A stretch of DNA of 44,459 nucleotides, taken from the IMG/VR virus record IMGVR_UViG_3300024254_000014, positions 1 through 44,459 of that record; one strand, given 5' to 3'. The DNA is from a virus. Its lineage: Duplodnaviria > Caudoviricetes. Position 1 is the first letter of the stretch; each line of letters begins with the position of its first letter. The notes under the pieces were generated by a model. It saw nothing but the letters and a program-made list of their open reading frames with translations, was not told where the DNA came from and ran no database searches. A program made the translations under genes and the position numbers. Below are positions 16,387 to 25,845 of this stretch, piece by piece.

Positions 16387-16826
16387 AGGACCATAAAACT
16401 ATTTGGGCGTGTTTCATTATTGGGATCATAGCTTTCGCATACCCAGCGTGGCAAATTTCCCAACGAGGGCCAGTCGTCGAGACGACCAATTTCCATATGA
16501 CGCCTTCCACGGTAAAGCCAGGGCAAGTCATAGAAGCTGTATGGACCGACAAGACTTTGCGTACAGGATGCGAAGGAACCGTATACCGTCGTTTTGTCGG
16601 GACGCAAAAAGGTGAAAGAGCGGTCTGGGTCTTTGCACCCATCCCTACCGTACACCACGGAAAAATAGGGGAGGTCGAAACTTTCCACAGCATATGGCGT
16701 GCACCAAGAGCTGACCCCGGAACTGAAGTCACGCTCCAAAAATTTCCAAAGCGAAGCTGCGGTTTTTGGCAATCATTCTTTCCTATGCACGACGGACCGC
16801 AGGAAGCACAGTTTACGGTGGAATGA
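16383..16826 (+). CDS. Membrane-anchored protein with beta-rich, probably periplasmic domain
   Basis: N-terminal TM IWACFIIGIIAFAYPAW; 2 Cys in the soluble part; ATGA coupling. Confidence 0.65.
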   Translation: MKDHKTIWACFIIGIIAFAYPAWQISQRGPVVETTNFHMTPSTVKPGQVIEAVWTDKTLRTGCEGTVYRRFVGTQKGERAVWVFAPIPTVHHGKIGEVETFHSIWRAPRADPGTEVTLQKFPKRSCGFWQSFFPMHDGPQEAQFTVE

Positions 16827-18136
16827 TGCGCCTGCTCATTGTTGATCCCGCAGGAAACGGCCTCGACTTCGCCATGCGGGCGCAGCGGGCGGGGCATGAC
16901 GTGCGCTTGATGATCCGACAGACAGAGAAGACGAAGCACATCGGCCGCGGGCTAGTCAACGTCGTGGATGACTACCGGCCCTGGATTCGCTGGGCTGGTC
17001 TCGTCTTCATGACTGACAATACGCGCTACACATACGATCTCGACATGCGCTGGCGACCTGAGGGGGTCAAGATTGTCGGGGCTTCGATAAGTACGGCGAC
17101 TTGGGAGATCGACCGTAACGTTGGAATGAACGTCTTCAAGAAGGCAGGTATCCCCATCCCACCGTACAAAGAATTTCGTGGTTACGAGGAAGCCGTCTCC
17201 TACGTCAAGAAACGGGATGCTCCTCTTGTATCCAAGCCAAGCGGGGAGGTTGAAGACAAGTCTCTCTCGTACTGCGCGAAATCTGCCGAAGACATGCTTT
17301 ACATGCTCGCCCGGTGGAAAAAGCTTGGAAAAATCAAGTTTCCGTTCATACTTCAAGAGTTTATACCCGGAATCGAGATGGCAGTTGGAGGGTGGTTCGG
17401 ACCACACGGATTCAATGCGGGTTGGTGTGAGAACTTCGAATTCAAGAAGCTGATGAATGATGACAAGGGGGTCGCCACTGGGGAGCAAGGAACTGTGCTC
17501 CGGTACGTTCGAAATTCTAAACTCGCATCGAAAGTTCTCGATCCCCTCGTCCCTCAACTTAGCAAAGAGCGCTACGTCGGGTATGTCGATGTCAACTGTA
17601 TCATTGATGACCATGGTGTTCCTTGGCCCCTGGAGTTCACGATGCGGCCGGGATGGCCGACGTTCAACATTCAACAGCCCTTGCATGAGGGTGATCCCGT
17701 GGAGTGGCTTCTACAGCTCCACGACGGTCGTGACGCTGGTATTTTCGCGAGTGATAAGGTATGCCAAGGCGTAGTCGTCAGCATGCCAGATTACCCGTAT
17801 TCGCACGTCACCCGGAAAGAGGTCGTCGGGGTACCCATATATGGTCCCACCGAGCCTGAATATACGCATTTTTGCGAGTGCAAGCTCGGGGTGGCGGCGC
17901 ATAAAGTCAAGGAAAGCATCGCCGAAATTCCAAGTGTGGTAACAGCGGGGGATTATGTTCTCATCATGACGGCGACCGGAGAAACGGTCAAGGAAGCGAG
18001 CGACCTTTGCTACAAGCGCTTGAAAGCAATCCATCTCCCTAACTCTCCTATGTACCGGACGGATATAGGCAAGCGACTTAGGAAGCAGCTTCCCCTTCTT
18101 CATGCGCACGGGTACGCTCGGGGGTTGGACTATTAA
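16823..18136 (+). CDS. PurD (GAR synthetase)-like ATP-grasp amide ligase
   Basis: WEIDR..G..VFKKAGIP, PLVSKPSG, ILQEFIPGIE, GVATGEQG, YVGYVDVNCII, PLEFTMRPGWP, TAGDYVL..TATG, MYRTDIG follow PurD motif order. Confidence 0.85.
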   Translation: MMRLLIVDPAGNGLDFAMRAQRAGHDVRLMIRQTEKTKHIGRGLVNVVDDYRPWIRWAGLVFMTDNTRYTYDLDMRWRPEGVKIVGASISTATWEIDRNVGMNVFKKAGIPIPPYKEFRGYEEAVSYVKKRDAPLVSKPSGEVEDKSLSYCAKSAEDMLYMLARWKKLGKIKFPFILQEFIPGIEMAVGGWFGPHGFNAGWCENFEFKKLMNDDKGVATGEQGTVLRYVRNSKLASKVLDPLVPQLSKERYVGYVDVNCIIDDHGVPWPLEFTMRPGWPTFNIQQPLHEGDPVEWLLQLHDGRDAGIFASDKVCQGVVVSMPDYPYSHVTRKEVVGVPIYGPTEPEYTHFCECKLGVAAHKVKESIAEIPSVVTAGDYVLIMTATGETVKEASDLCYKRLKAIHLPNSPMYRTDIGKRLRKQLPLLHAHGYARGLDY

Positions 18137-18383
18137 GCGCATCAAGGATCGCGCGTACATGGTTGCCGGTCGCTCCGCAATATCCTGCATACGCATTGGG
18201 AACATTGATGCCCCACCGCTTGATGCACTGCCATACCGCTTCAAACTCAGGCGATCCAAGCATTTCAGAGGTCGGACCCGGCCACGGTATTTTTACGGTC
18301 GCGCTTGGTTCTCCATCAACAATTAATCGCGGGGATAAAGCATTATCCCCGTCTCGCATTAAGTCGCCATTTGGATTCGTCAT
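18078..18383 (-). CDS. Hypothetical phage protein
   Basis: ATGA overlap with primase stop; PEFEAVWQCIKRWGINVP..GYCGATGNHVRAILDAL. Confidence 0.6.
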   Translation of the reverse strand: MTNPNGDLMRDGDNALSPRLIVDGEPSATVKIPWPGPTSEMLGSPEFEAVWQCIKRWGINVPNAYAGYCGATGNHVRAILDALNSPTPERTRAHEEGEAAS

Positions 18384-20608
18384 CCCCAATCCTCCTTCAT
18401 GTCCCAGTCTCGATAACCGTACCTATCCATCCAAACTTGTCTAAGTTGTGACAGTGGCTGCATTTGCCACGAACGGAACCCCTTGATGCGCACGGGCTCG
18501 CAGTCCAGCTCACGAAGGAAGTCCCCGACAACCTTCTCTCCCGCAATATATTTGGCACCGCTTGGTGCGCGCTCGCGAAAGTCGTCCAGGAGGGCCTTGG
18601 TCGTCGGCAGGTTAGTAGTCCCAGGCAGCTTGAAGCCGGGAAGCATCCCCTCCTCCAGGAGAGCGTCAAACCACTGCTCTACTGGGTCCATGCTCCTACG
18701 CTTCTGCTCGAACAGCGCGGCGGTCTCATAGACCTGTCGGGGATGCCAATCCTTCAAGTTCCAGTTCTGCAAGTCATACAGCATCGCTGGGAGGCCCCCG
18801 TTGCCCAGCTCATGGTGAAGATCGTTGAAGTATGGCACACGCTCTTTTGGTCTCTTGCTGTAGTAATCATTAACATTGAACATGGCGTACCTGCGTTCAT
18901 CGATGGAGGCGGGCACGACCCATTGAGAGTTTGCCGTCATGATGATGTGCAGGCGATTGAGCCATTGAACGGCGTCGATGCCTTTCTTCTCTACCATGAG
19001 AACGTTTTCTGTAATGAGTCCTTTGAGTACGCTTTCGCCCTTTTTGTCTCCCGCCCAAAAAGCCTCGTCAACATAAAGGAGGAGGCAGGATCGGAGATGG
19101 CCATTGAAATTTCCTGTGAGGTGACTCTGACTAAATATGTGCAACGCGTGTTCGCCAAAGACACGGGCAATCGCGTTAGCAAAAAACCCTTTACCCGCTC
19201 CTTTTCCTCCTCGGAACACGAGCGCCACTTCTGGCATAACCCCTGGGTTTTGAATGCTCCAAGCGGTCCAACGAAGAATGTATTCATAGGCTTTGTGATC
19301 CTGATCTGCGAGCACATCGTAAATATGGTCCTGGATATGATACCACTCGCCTTGCTTAGGCTGCGTTCCAAACCCGCGCCACAAGTTCAGCTCGTTTTTT
19401 TCTGTCACTTCCGGCTTGGCGGGGTCTAGGATGACCGTCTCGTATTGCCGACGCTGCTTGCTCAGTACCCACGCGGCTCCCAAGGGGTAGAGCTTATCTC
19501 CCACCTTCATGTGCTGGTTGGAGAACCACGTTTTGAAGTTGTCAGGTGTATAAAGTTCAAGCTGCTTCCCGGTTCCTATCTGGTTGGGGATGAACTCCCC
19601 GACGAGGCACTTGCCGCCCATGTTGCGGATCATGAAGAAACGCTCGTTCACCTTCCCTATCGCGTCGTTAACAGGAGACTTATACCCGTGCACGTCAGCC
19701 AGATAACGGATCGTTCCCAACGTGATCTTAGGGCCAGGATAGGGGCGTGAGAATGATTCCCAGGCTTTCTGCTGGCCTGCAGGATCAAACTTACCGGATG
19801 ATTTCGACCACGCATCCCATAGCTCACGGGCTCTAGCACCCCACCCCGTCCAGTGCAGACCAGCTCCAACTTTGAGCCACACGTCGCGATCGTCAGCAGG
19901 TATACACTGCATCCACTCGATGATCTTGCTTTCTTCGTCCTCGCTCCAAGCGGGCGGCGCTCTTGCCGTATCGGGCGCCAGTATGGCCTCGTTGACACCT
20001 GATCTCGTCGCAACGGCCGGCTGCGGATCGGTCGGTTTGAGTTTGCGTATGGCAAAATCAAGCAGTGCGCCAGGGAGTCCAGGGAGAGCTTTAGTGACGT
20101 GGCACCACTTGTAGACCTTGCCAGACGCATGAAGCGACGGCGGGGCGACGACATAGGCACCATCGGATCGAAGCTCCAAGCCCTCTATTTTGTGGGTAGG
20201 GACGACGCCTTGCGAGGGGTATTCAAAGTAAAAGTGCCGGCCTTGTTCCCGACCTGTTTCGACAAACCACTCGGAATCAAGATTTGTGTTGTGTAGACTA
20301 AGGACCCATTGCAGATTTTTCCAACCCACGGCCCCGTCAACGTCGAGCACAATGACGCCGGATATTTTGCCGCAAGCAACGCCAATATTGGCATGGTGGT
20401 ATCTGCTCCACCATTCAGCAATCGTTTGCGGATTGTCTGTAGCATTCTTGACCCCGTGAGGAACAAGCGCAGCGATCGGGTGTTTCCCCGGTGATTGGCA
20501 CATGGGGTTGCCGCATGCGCAGCCCCCTTTAATCGGCCACCATAACGGTATGACGTGCGCGCCGATACGCGCGAGATGCAGCGCAGCCTGCAGCATCCTG
20601 TCGTCCAT
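18380..20608 (-). CDS. Bifunctional primase-polymerase + PriCT-2 + SF3/D5-like helicase
   Basis: GKHP, ANIGVACG...VLDVDG, GRHFYF, YVVAPPSLH; DRDVWLKVGAGLH..WDAWS; Walker A GGKGAGKG, Walker B LLYVDEA. Confidence 0.92.
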   Translation of the reverse strand: MDDRMLQAALHLARIGAHVIPLWWPIKGGCACGNPMCQSPGKHPIAALVPHGVKNATDNPQTIAEWWSRYHHANIGVACGKISGVIVLDVDGAVGWKNLQWVLSLHNTNLDSEWFVETGREQGRHFYFEYPSQGVVPTHKIEGLELRSDGAYVVAPPSLHASGKVYKWCHVTKALPGLPGALLDFAIRKLKPTDPQPAVATRSGVNEAILAPDTARAPPAWSEDEESKIIEWMQCIPADDRDVWLKVGAGLHWTGWGARARELWDAWSKSSGKFDPAGQQKAWESFSRPYPGPKITLGTIRYLADVHGYKSPVNDAIGKVNERFFMIRNMGGKCLVGEFIPNQIGTGKQLELYTPDNFKTWFSNQHMKVGDKLYPLGAAWVLSKQRRQYETVILDPAKPEVTEKNELNLWRGFGTQPKQGEWYHIQDHIYDVLADQDHKAYEYILRWTAWSIQNPGVMPEVALVFRGGKGAGKGFFANAIARVFGEHALHIFSQSHLTGNFNGHLRSCLLLYVDEAFWAGDKKGESVLKGLITENVLMVEKKGIDAVQWLNRLHIIMTANSQWVVPASIDERRYAMFNVNDYYSKRPKERVPYFNDLHHELGNGGLPAMLYDLQNWNLKDWHPRQVYETAALFEQKRRSMDPVEQWFDALLEEGMLPGFKLPGTTNLPTTKALLDDFRERAPSGAKYIAGEKVVGDFLRELDCEPVRIKGFRSWQMQPLSQLRQVWMDRYGYRDWDMKEDWG

Positions 20609-20612
20609 GGTG

Positions 20613-21023
20613 CTATGCCGCGCGAACCCCGAAGCGGGCTCTCAGCTCCGCTTCGTTGTCATCGATCAATTTGAGAAGTTCAGGCAGCCGATCAATGGGC
20701 GGTTTCTTCTGCCGCGACAGGAACGTCAGGAGTATGTTGATCGATGCGTTGAGGTTTCGGTTGTGAACGGCGAATTTTGGGTCCGTTGGGGCGATGTCGA
20801 TCGCCAACAGCCTTTGCAGTTGCACGATGGCGAGCTGATACAGGTGATCGAGATCGTGCGGACTTAGCTCCGGTTCGTCCAGCTTTTTTGACCAGTTTTC
20901 GACGTTTGACAGTGCGTCCGCTTCGACCTGCTCCATTGGCTGCACGTTTGCCTGCAGCTTTTGAAACTCTGCGAACTGGCGCGTCAGCTCCTCCCGGCTT
21001 GGCCTCGTGTCGTCGTAGTGCAT
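20613..21023 (-). CDS. Hypothetical helical protein
   Basis: 136 aa, SD GGAG; abuts primase start. Confidence 0.6.
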   Translation of the reverse strand: MHYDDTRPSREELTRQFAEFQKLQANVQPMEQVEADALSNVENWSKKLDEPELSPHDLDHLYQLAIVQLQRLLAIDIAPTDPKFAVHNRNLNASINILLTFLSRQKKPPIDRLPELLKLIDDNEAELRARFGVRAA

Positions 21024-21288
21024 TGAGTCTCTCCATGACGTGCGTCGCCCGTTCTTTGTCGTTCATTTGGGGCGGGATGGGGAAGCCCATCCGATCACGG
21101 ATCGCTCGTTCGAGCAAGGCAAGTCGGTTGAAGGCGCGCACGCCACGAAAGCCTCTAGGGTCGCGCCCCATTGTCCACGTCTGCACAGTTGGCCGTGTGC
21201 GTTCGAACCACAGGGCGAGGTTTGAGACCGTCAGTTCTCCCGCGAGCATCGCCTTATTGAGGCGATCAGAGAAAGAAAGTTGCTTCAT
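20692..21288 (-). CDS. HTH DNA-binding protein with a long basic tail overlapping the next gene
   Basis: LTVSNLALWFERTRPTVQTW helix-turn-helix pattern; SD AAGGA before ATG 21288. Confidence 0.6.
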   Translation of the reverse strand: MKQLSFSDRLNKAMLAGELTVSNLALWFERTRPTVQTWTMGRDPRGFRGVRAFNRLALLERAIRDRMGFPIPPQMNDKERATHVMERLNALRRHEAKPGGADAPVRRVSKAAGKRAANGAGRSGRTVKRRKLVKKAGRTGAKSARSRSPVSARHRATAKAVGDRHRPNGPKIRRSQPKPQRIDQHTPDVPVAAEETAH

Positions 21289-21360
21289 AGGTTTGTTTTC
21301 CTTTTGGTGGCGGGCTGGGCGAACCATATCGAGCCAACCTGTGGCACCCGCGCAATTAAA

Positions 21361-22599
21361 TTACCGGCGAGGCGGCATCCGCATGGCCGCCTGCAGAGCC
21401 TCCGCAACCTGCGGAGGGGGAGGAGGCGCCCCAGCCATCCCGTACTGAGGAGATGCGGCTGGCTGGGGCTGGGCCGGCTGCGGGGACACAGGGGGGGCTG
21501 CGTTAACAGCCGGCCGTCTCAGGAACTCGGGGATGTCAGGCATGCCCGGCGCGACTGCTACGGGTGCCGCTGGCGTGGGAGGAGAAAACTGAGGCGCTTG
21601 GGCAGCGGGCGGGGCGGTAAGCTGCTCAGGCTGCTTCTTTGGGCGGCCGGGACGCTTAGGGGCCTCCTGCACAGGTGCAGACGCGGGTGACGACGCAGTA
21701 AGAACAAAAGGGGCCTGCCCATTGCCGTGCTGCCCAACCTCCTGCCGCGGCGGCAACTGGAACTGCGGCCCTACTGGAGATTGGTACGCCCCTTGCATCG
21801 TTTGCTGCGTTCCCTGCATCGACGGCGCAAGCTGCGCATACTGCGCCCGAAGCCCGATCGTCTGCTTGACGATCTCCGGGTCGGCTGGCACATCGTTCAA
21901 TCCGACCGCTGCCACGTCAAGTTGCTGGTCGTAGATGTAGTCGATCATCTGCAGGGTGTAGGCGTCGTCTGCCCAGCCCACCGGCTCGAATTTAAGGCGG
22001 GGGTGCGAGGCTTCCGCATCGAACGACAGGCGCGTCACCATGTCTCCGATGTCAACCTTGCGTTGCCCGCCCGTTGCCTGCTGGGACAGGAAAGCCGAAT
22101 AGGACTTCAGAGCCCCCAGCGAGTCCGGTGGAACCTGCAGCTCGTACACGTTCACGGAAGGATCGCCAGGGATGATGAACGCGATCTTTTTGCGGTCAGA
22201 GCACGCCTTGCTGCCCTTGCCGGTTTGTGGATTGATCTTACTGTTCATTTGGTTGTGCGGGCACGCCGAACAAGTCGGAGACTGCGGCTGAAGCGCGTTC
22301 GAACTGGGGCCGATCCCATTGTCGCTGTAACAAGCCGGCGGAGCACCACTGTCCGGCGCGTAGGAACCTTCGAAGTACAATTTGCTCGTCTTCGGATTGG
22401 CCCGGATAATCACCACGTCGAGGTAAAGATTGGGAACAAGTGTCTCGACTCCGTTGGCATCAATCAGCCGGAACCGCGCGGCGCGGATCGAACAGTGCGC
22501 CCCACGAGAAATGCCAAGCCCTTGCGTGGCGTCTTCACTGACTGAAACTCGACGCTGGCGGGAGGCCAGCACTTCCGGTAGTCCTGCTTGTGCGTTCAC
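21361..22599 (-). CDS. Putative ssDNA-binding/annealing protein with Pro-rich tail
   Basis: PACYSDNG..P, CSACPHN, GKGSKACSD motifs; in replication module; P/Q/A-rich C-terminus. Confidence 0.65.
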   Translation of the reverse strand: MNAQAGLPEVLASRQRRVSVSEDATQGLGISRGAHCSIRAARFRLIDANGVETLVPNLYLDVVIIRANPKTSKLYFEGSYAPDSGAPPACYSDNGIGPSSNALQPQSPTCSACPHNQMNSKINPQTGKGSKACSDRKKIAFIIPGDPSVNVYELQVPPDSLGALKSYSAFLSQQATGGQRKVDIGDMVTRLSFDAEASHPRLKFEPVGWADDAYTLQMIDYIYDQQLDVAAVGLNDVPADPEIVKQTIGLRAQYAQLAPSMQGTQQTMQGAYQSPVGPQFQLPPRQEVGQHGNGQAPFVLTASSPASAPVQEAPKRPGRPKKQPEQLTAPPAAQAPQFSPPTPAAPVAVAPGMPDIPEFLRRPAVNAAPPVSPQPAQPQPAASPQYGMAGAPPPPPQVAEALQAAMRMPPRR

Positions 22600-22928
22600 G
22601 CTGATTTTCCTTTCTTCATTTCAGCAATAGTTGCGGGATCGTCTTGCCGGTGCCGGCCACGGTCAGGATCGCCATGACCTTGGGCAGCTCGATAAGCCTC
22701 GAATTCATCGGCGAGCTTTCGTACTGAAGCAGCGTAGCCCGGAGTCATTCCAAATCGCTCGGCTGCTGAAGCATAAGCGCGTAATGCGGCTGGTGCGGCA
22801 GGATCACGCGCACCAAGGGTAAAGCTGGGCCACTCGACGACACTGCCGTCACGTCGCTTGACAAGATATTTTCCTTCTGGCGTAGCGGGGTCATCCCGCC
22901 ATAGGCCGTGCATAATGGGTTTAACCAT
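22596..22928 (-). CDS. Hypothetical phage protein
   Basis: GKYLVKRRDG, FTLGARDPAAPAALRAYA; SD AAGGA. Confidence 0.65.
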   Translation of the reverse strand: MVKPIMHGLWRDDPATPEGKYLVKRRDGSVVEWPSFTLGARDPAAPAALRAYASAAERFGMTPGYAASVRKLADEFEAYRAAQGHGDPDRGRHRQDDPATIAEMKKGKSA

Positions 22929-22930
22929 CG

Positions 22931-23389
22931 TCACTTCCTTATGTTGCACCTTCTCCAATACTCGATCGTCACGCCAGGAGGCGGCTCGCCACCCGACTTG
23001 TCGAGATAGTCCTTCACAGGGTCGAGAAGTACGCCGATGTCCAGCATGCCCCACGCGTCGTGTTCCTTGACATGCTCCAACAAAGCATCGCGGTTGTCAA
23101 CCTTGGGCTTTAGACCGCTGCTGATATAGGCAGTACCCGCATGTGTCTTGACGTTCTTTTCGCCCTGCTCGTCCAGTTTGAGCATGACAAAATTCTTGAT
23201 GACCTTCATCCCTTCGGTGTAGGGACGCATGGCTTCCACGTGCTCCTTTGCCAGCGATTCCGCCCAGGCTTCGATCTGGCGGTACTGTTTAATAAGCTCC
23301 TCCATGGTGTAGGGAACTTGTGATGGCGAGACATCTTTCATGATGTTCGCATGCTGTTCATCTACCCACTGACTAATTTCCATTTCCAT
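22931..23389 (-). CDS. Hypothetical replication-module protein (coiled coil + VKTHAGTAY...PPGV)
   Basis: Pattern typical of small proteins between helicase and SSB; SD GAGGGG. Confidence 0.65.
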   Translation of the reverse strand: MEMEISQWVDEQHANIMKDVSPSQVPYTMEELIKQYRQIEAWAESLAKEHVEAMRPYTEGMKVIKNFVMLKLDEQGEKNVKTHAGTAYISSGLKPKVDNRDALLEHVKEHDAWGMLDIGVLLDPVKDYLDKSGGEPPPGVTIEYWRRCNIRK

Positions 23390-25055
23390 CCCCCTCTTTC
23401 GCAAGCCCCAGTATGAGGCCCTGCATGTTCTGATTGGCGCTCAAGCGCCGATAGATTTCCCGCTCAACAGGGGTAGAAGCAAGTCGTACAATCGTCGTAT
23501 GTAATTGCTGTCCTGGGCGATCAATGCGTCGATTGGCCTGGAGGTAGATTTCAGTTCTATCTGTAGGACCGTACCAGACCACGACAGACGCAGCAAAGAG
23601 GTCGAGTCCGTGTGACATGGTGCCGGGGTCCGCATAGAGTATATGCGGTGCACTTCCTTCTGATTGGAAGCGTCTAAAAATATCATCCCTATCTCGGGGG
23701 TCTGGGAAGTCAACCCCCGTAATGAACTCACATGAGAATCGATCATTGGTTCCTAGCTCCCCGTCCTTTTTCCACCATTTCAATCCTTGCGCATAGAGCA
23801 TGCGTACCACACTTGTCAAGGATGAAAAAACCAACACTTTCGTTGGCGCTTCGTCCAGCACAGCCTTAAGCTCCGCGATGCGGGGCTTGCAGTCAATGTA
23901 ATGAGCAAAATGCTCCCCGTCGTACACTGCACCGGAGCTGATTTGAATCAGTTTGGTACGCAGTGCAGCTTCATGTGGAACAGTCAATTGTTTACCTTGC
24001 CCAAGTTTAAGTACCAGCTCCCGCTTCAACTCGTTGTACTTCTCTTTCTGTTCGGCGCTTAGAGCCACGTCTCGGGTCTCCTCCGTGCAGGGAGGAACAT
24101 CGGTGCAGTCGCGCATCTGAAACCGGATCGACGGCTGCAATAGTTTATGAGCCTCTATATGCGCGCCCGGTCGCGGTGCCCATTTGAAGTTGGTAACTTG
24201 CACCATTACTCTTTTTTTGTAGTGATCGTAGGGCTCTCCGAATGCTCCATTAACCATGCGTGCAAGTCCGTGAGCATCAAGAGGGCCGTTGCTCGTCGGT
24301 GTTCCAGTGAGTGGCCAGAGATAAGGTTTGTTCGCGAATACCATTCTAGCCACCCGCGAACGGCGAGAAGTTCCGTTTCGGAACGCTGAAGCTTCGTCAA
24401 CAATAATGATATTAATGTCTGATCTATGCATGATTGCATACGGGACCGTGTGTTCCTTGAGGATGATCCTGTTTTTCGTGTCATATTTGATCCCCACGCA
24501 AAGTCCGTCATGGTTAATGATGTAGAAATCCACGTTTTCGTCCAGGGCGCGCATGCGCGCGTCAGGTGTGCCGTGAACGATCTTGCACTTGCGCCGGCCC
24601 ATGAAGTGCGTGAACAGCGCATCGGCCCACACCCGACGCATGATGGAGAGCGGGCAGACGATCAAGGCTTTCTGGCCGGGGTTGCGCTTCATGATGAAGT
24701 CGGCCGCCCACAGGCTCGCCAACGTCTTCATCGTCCCCATGTCACTTAAATTGAAAGAGCGAGGGTGCAAAACCATGAAGTTAGTCATGATACGCTGGTG
24801 CTCCCGCGGATAGTATGGCGCGCGGATTGGCCAGTCGTAATTCTCGTCCGTCACCGGAGGCAGTACAGGGAGACGCAGGAGTCGCAGCTTCTGCATGTTC
24901 TCCAGCGTGGCCTCGACGGCTATATCTCCAAAGGAGTGACTGTTGGGCCGCGTAACCTGTATCGCGTTCGTATACTTCAACGCGAAGTCCTGCGTCTGCA
25001 TGGGCAGGTTGGGGTAAATCAGCATATTGCTGGGTTTATCGTACCAGAAGGTCAT
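23373..25055 (-). CDS. SNF2-family (SF2) helicase
   Basis: SDMGTMKT (motif I), IIVDEAS (II), LTGTP (III), SHGLDL, QANRRIDRPGQ (VI). Confidence 0.92.
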   Translation of the reverse strand: MTFWYDKPSNMLIYPNLPMQTQDFALKYTNAIQVTRPNSHSFGDIAVEATLENMQKLRLLRLPVLPPVTDENYDWPIRAPYYPREHQRIMTNFMVLHPRSFNLSDMGTMKTLASLWAADFIMKRNPGQKALIVCPLSIMRRVWADALFTHFMGRRKCKIVHGTPDARMRALDENVDFYIINHDGLCVGIKYDTKNRIILKEHTVPYAIMHRSDINIIIVDEASAFRNGTSRRSRVARMVFANKPYLWPLTGTPTSNGPLDAHGLARMVNGAFGEPYDHYKKRVMVQVTNFKWAPRPGAHIEAHKLLQPSIRFQMRDCTDVPPCTEETRDVALSAEQKEKYNELKRELVLKLGQGKQLTVPHEAALRTKLIQISSGAVYDGEHFAHYIDCKPRIAELKAVLDEAPTKVLVFSSLTSVVRMLYAQGLKWWKKDGELGTNDRFSCEFITGVDFPDPRDRDDIFRRFQSEGSAPHILYADPGTMSHGLDLFAASVVVWYGPTDRTEIYLQANRRIDRPGQQLHTTIVRLASTPVEREIYRRLSANQNMQGLILGLAKEGDGNGN

Positions 25056-25237
25056 TTGAAATGCGCTTTCCCGATCTCTTGGTATAATTTGTACAACGCG
25101 GTGTGCGCCTTTCTAGCCAGTTGTACCCACTCAACATTTTCTTTTATGGCTTCGGACTCGAGCAATTCACTGTCTACTACGCCAGCTAAAAATGACGCCA
25201 TGTGTAGTATTTCGTGGCGGGAGAAATCGTCGGTCAT
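25052..25237 (-). CDS. Small hypothetical protein
   Basis: ATGA-coupled on both sides. Confidence 0.6.
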   Translation of the reverse strand: MTDDFSRHEILHMASFLAGVVDSELLESEAIKENVEWVQLARKAHTALYKLYQEIGKAHFK

Positions 25238-25593
25238 AACGTCGAAGCCCACAAATTAAAGAATGTGCGGATATGCTCGATGTTGTCACCCCAGCACGAG
25301 AACCCGCCCGCGTCCTTGATCCGCTGCATAGACATCTCTTGCCTCGCAGTCGGTTTCTCTCCGGGCCGTTTGGTCTCGATCGCGAAGAATCGACCCTTGT
25401 AGCACCCCAGGAAGTCGAGCGTCGCAGCCTGCATCCCGGTCGGTACGGGCATGAAGTACCACGCGCCGGCTTCATCGAGCATGTTCTTCACTTCGACCTT
25501 GAGCTTGTGCTCGGTCCGGGGGTGTTTGAAGGTTTTCATGGAACCATCCGATAAAGGCGAAATGAACATAAGCCAGTAACCATGATCAATCAT
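25234..25593 (-). CDS. VRR-NUC domain nuclease
   Basis: E..LK, LDFLGCYKGRFFAIETKRPGEKPTARQ. Confidence 0.88.
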   Translation of the reverse strand: MIDHGYWLMFISPLSDGSMKTFKHPRTEHKLKVEVKNMLDEAGAWYFMPVPTGMQAATLDFLGCYKGRFFAIETKRPGEKPTARQEMSMQRIKDAGGFSCWGDNIEHIRTFFNLWASTL

Positions 25594-25844
25594 ATGAAGG
25601 GCTTCATTGGAAAGGTGATGACGTTGGGGTCACCGCTCGCCTGCGGCATGTCGGCAGCTCGGAAAATGAACATGGCTTTGACTTCGGATACTGGGAAATA
25701 GCCCTCCCCGTTGGCTATGATGACATAGCCATCTTCGTGCATTTTAATCACGAATTTTTCAAGGGAGAAATCCGGTCCAAGCACGGAGTCGGAATAACCT
25801 CCATTGAAAAAGATGCGGAGCATGCGTTGTGGTTGGTCGTTCAT
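25590..25844 (-). CDS. Hypothetical protein
   Basis: MNDQPQRML...; starts directly after upstream stop, ATGA-coupled downstream. Confidence 0.6.
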   Translation of the reverse strand: MNDQPQRMLRIFFNGGYSDSVLGPDFSLEKFVIKMHEDGYVIIANGEGYFPVSEVKAMFIFRAADMPQASGDPNVITFPMKPFI

Positions 25845-25845
25845 T

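Noticed and set aside
18330-18351. 9-bp hairpin near the convergence of the two arms as a terminator
   Set aside because: Lies inside a probable coding sequence and lacks a U tract
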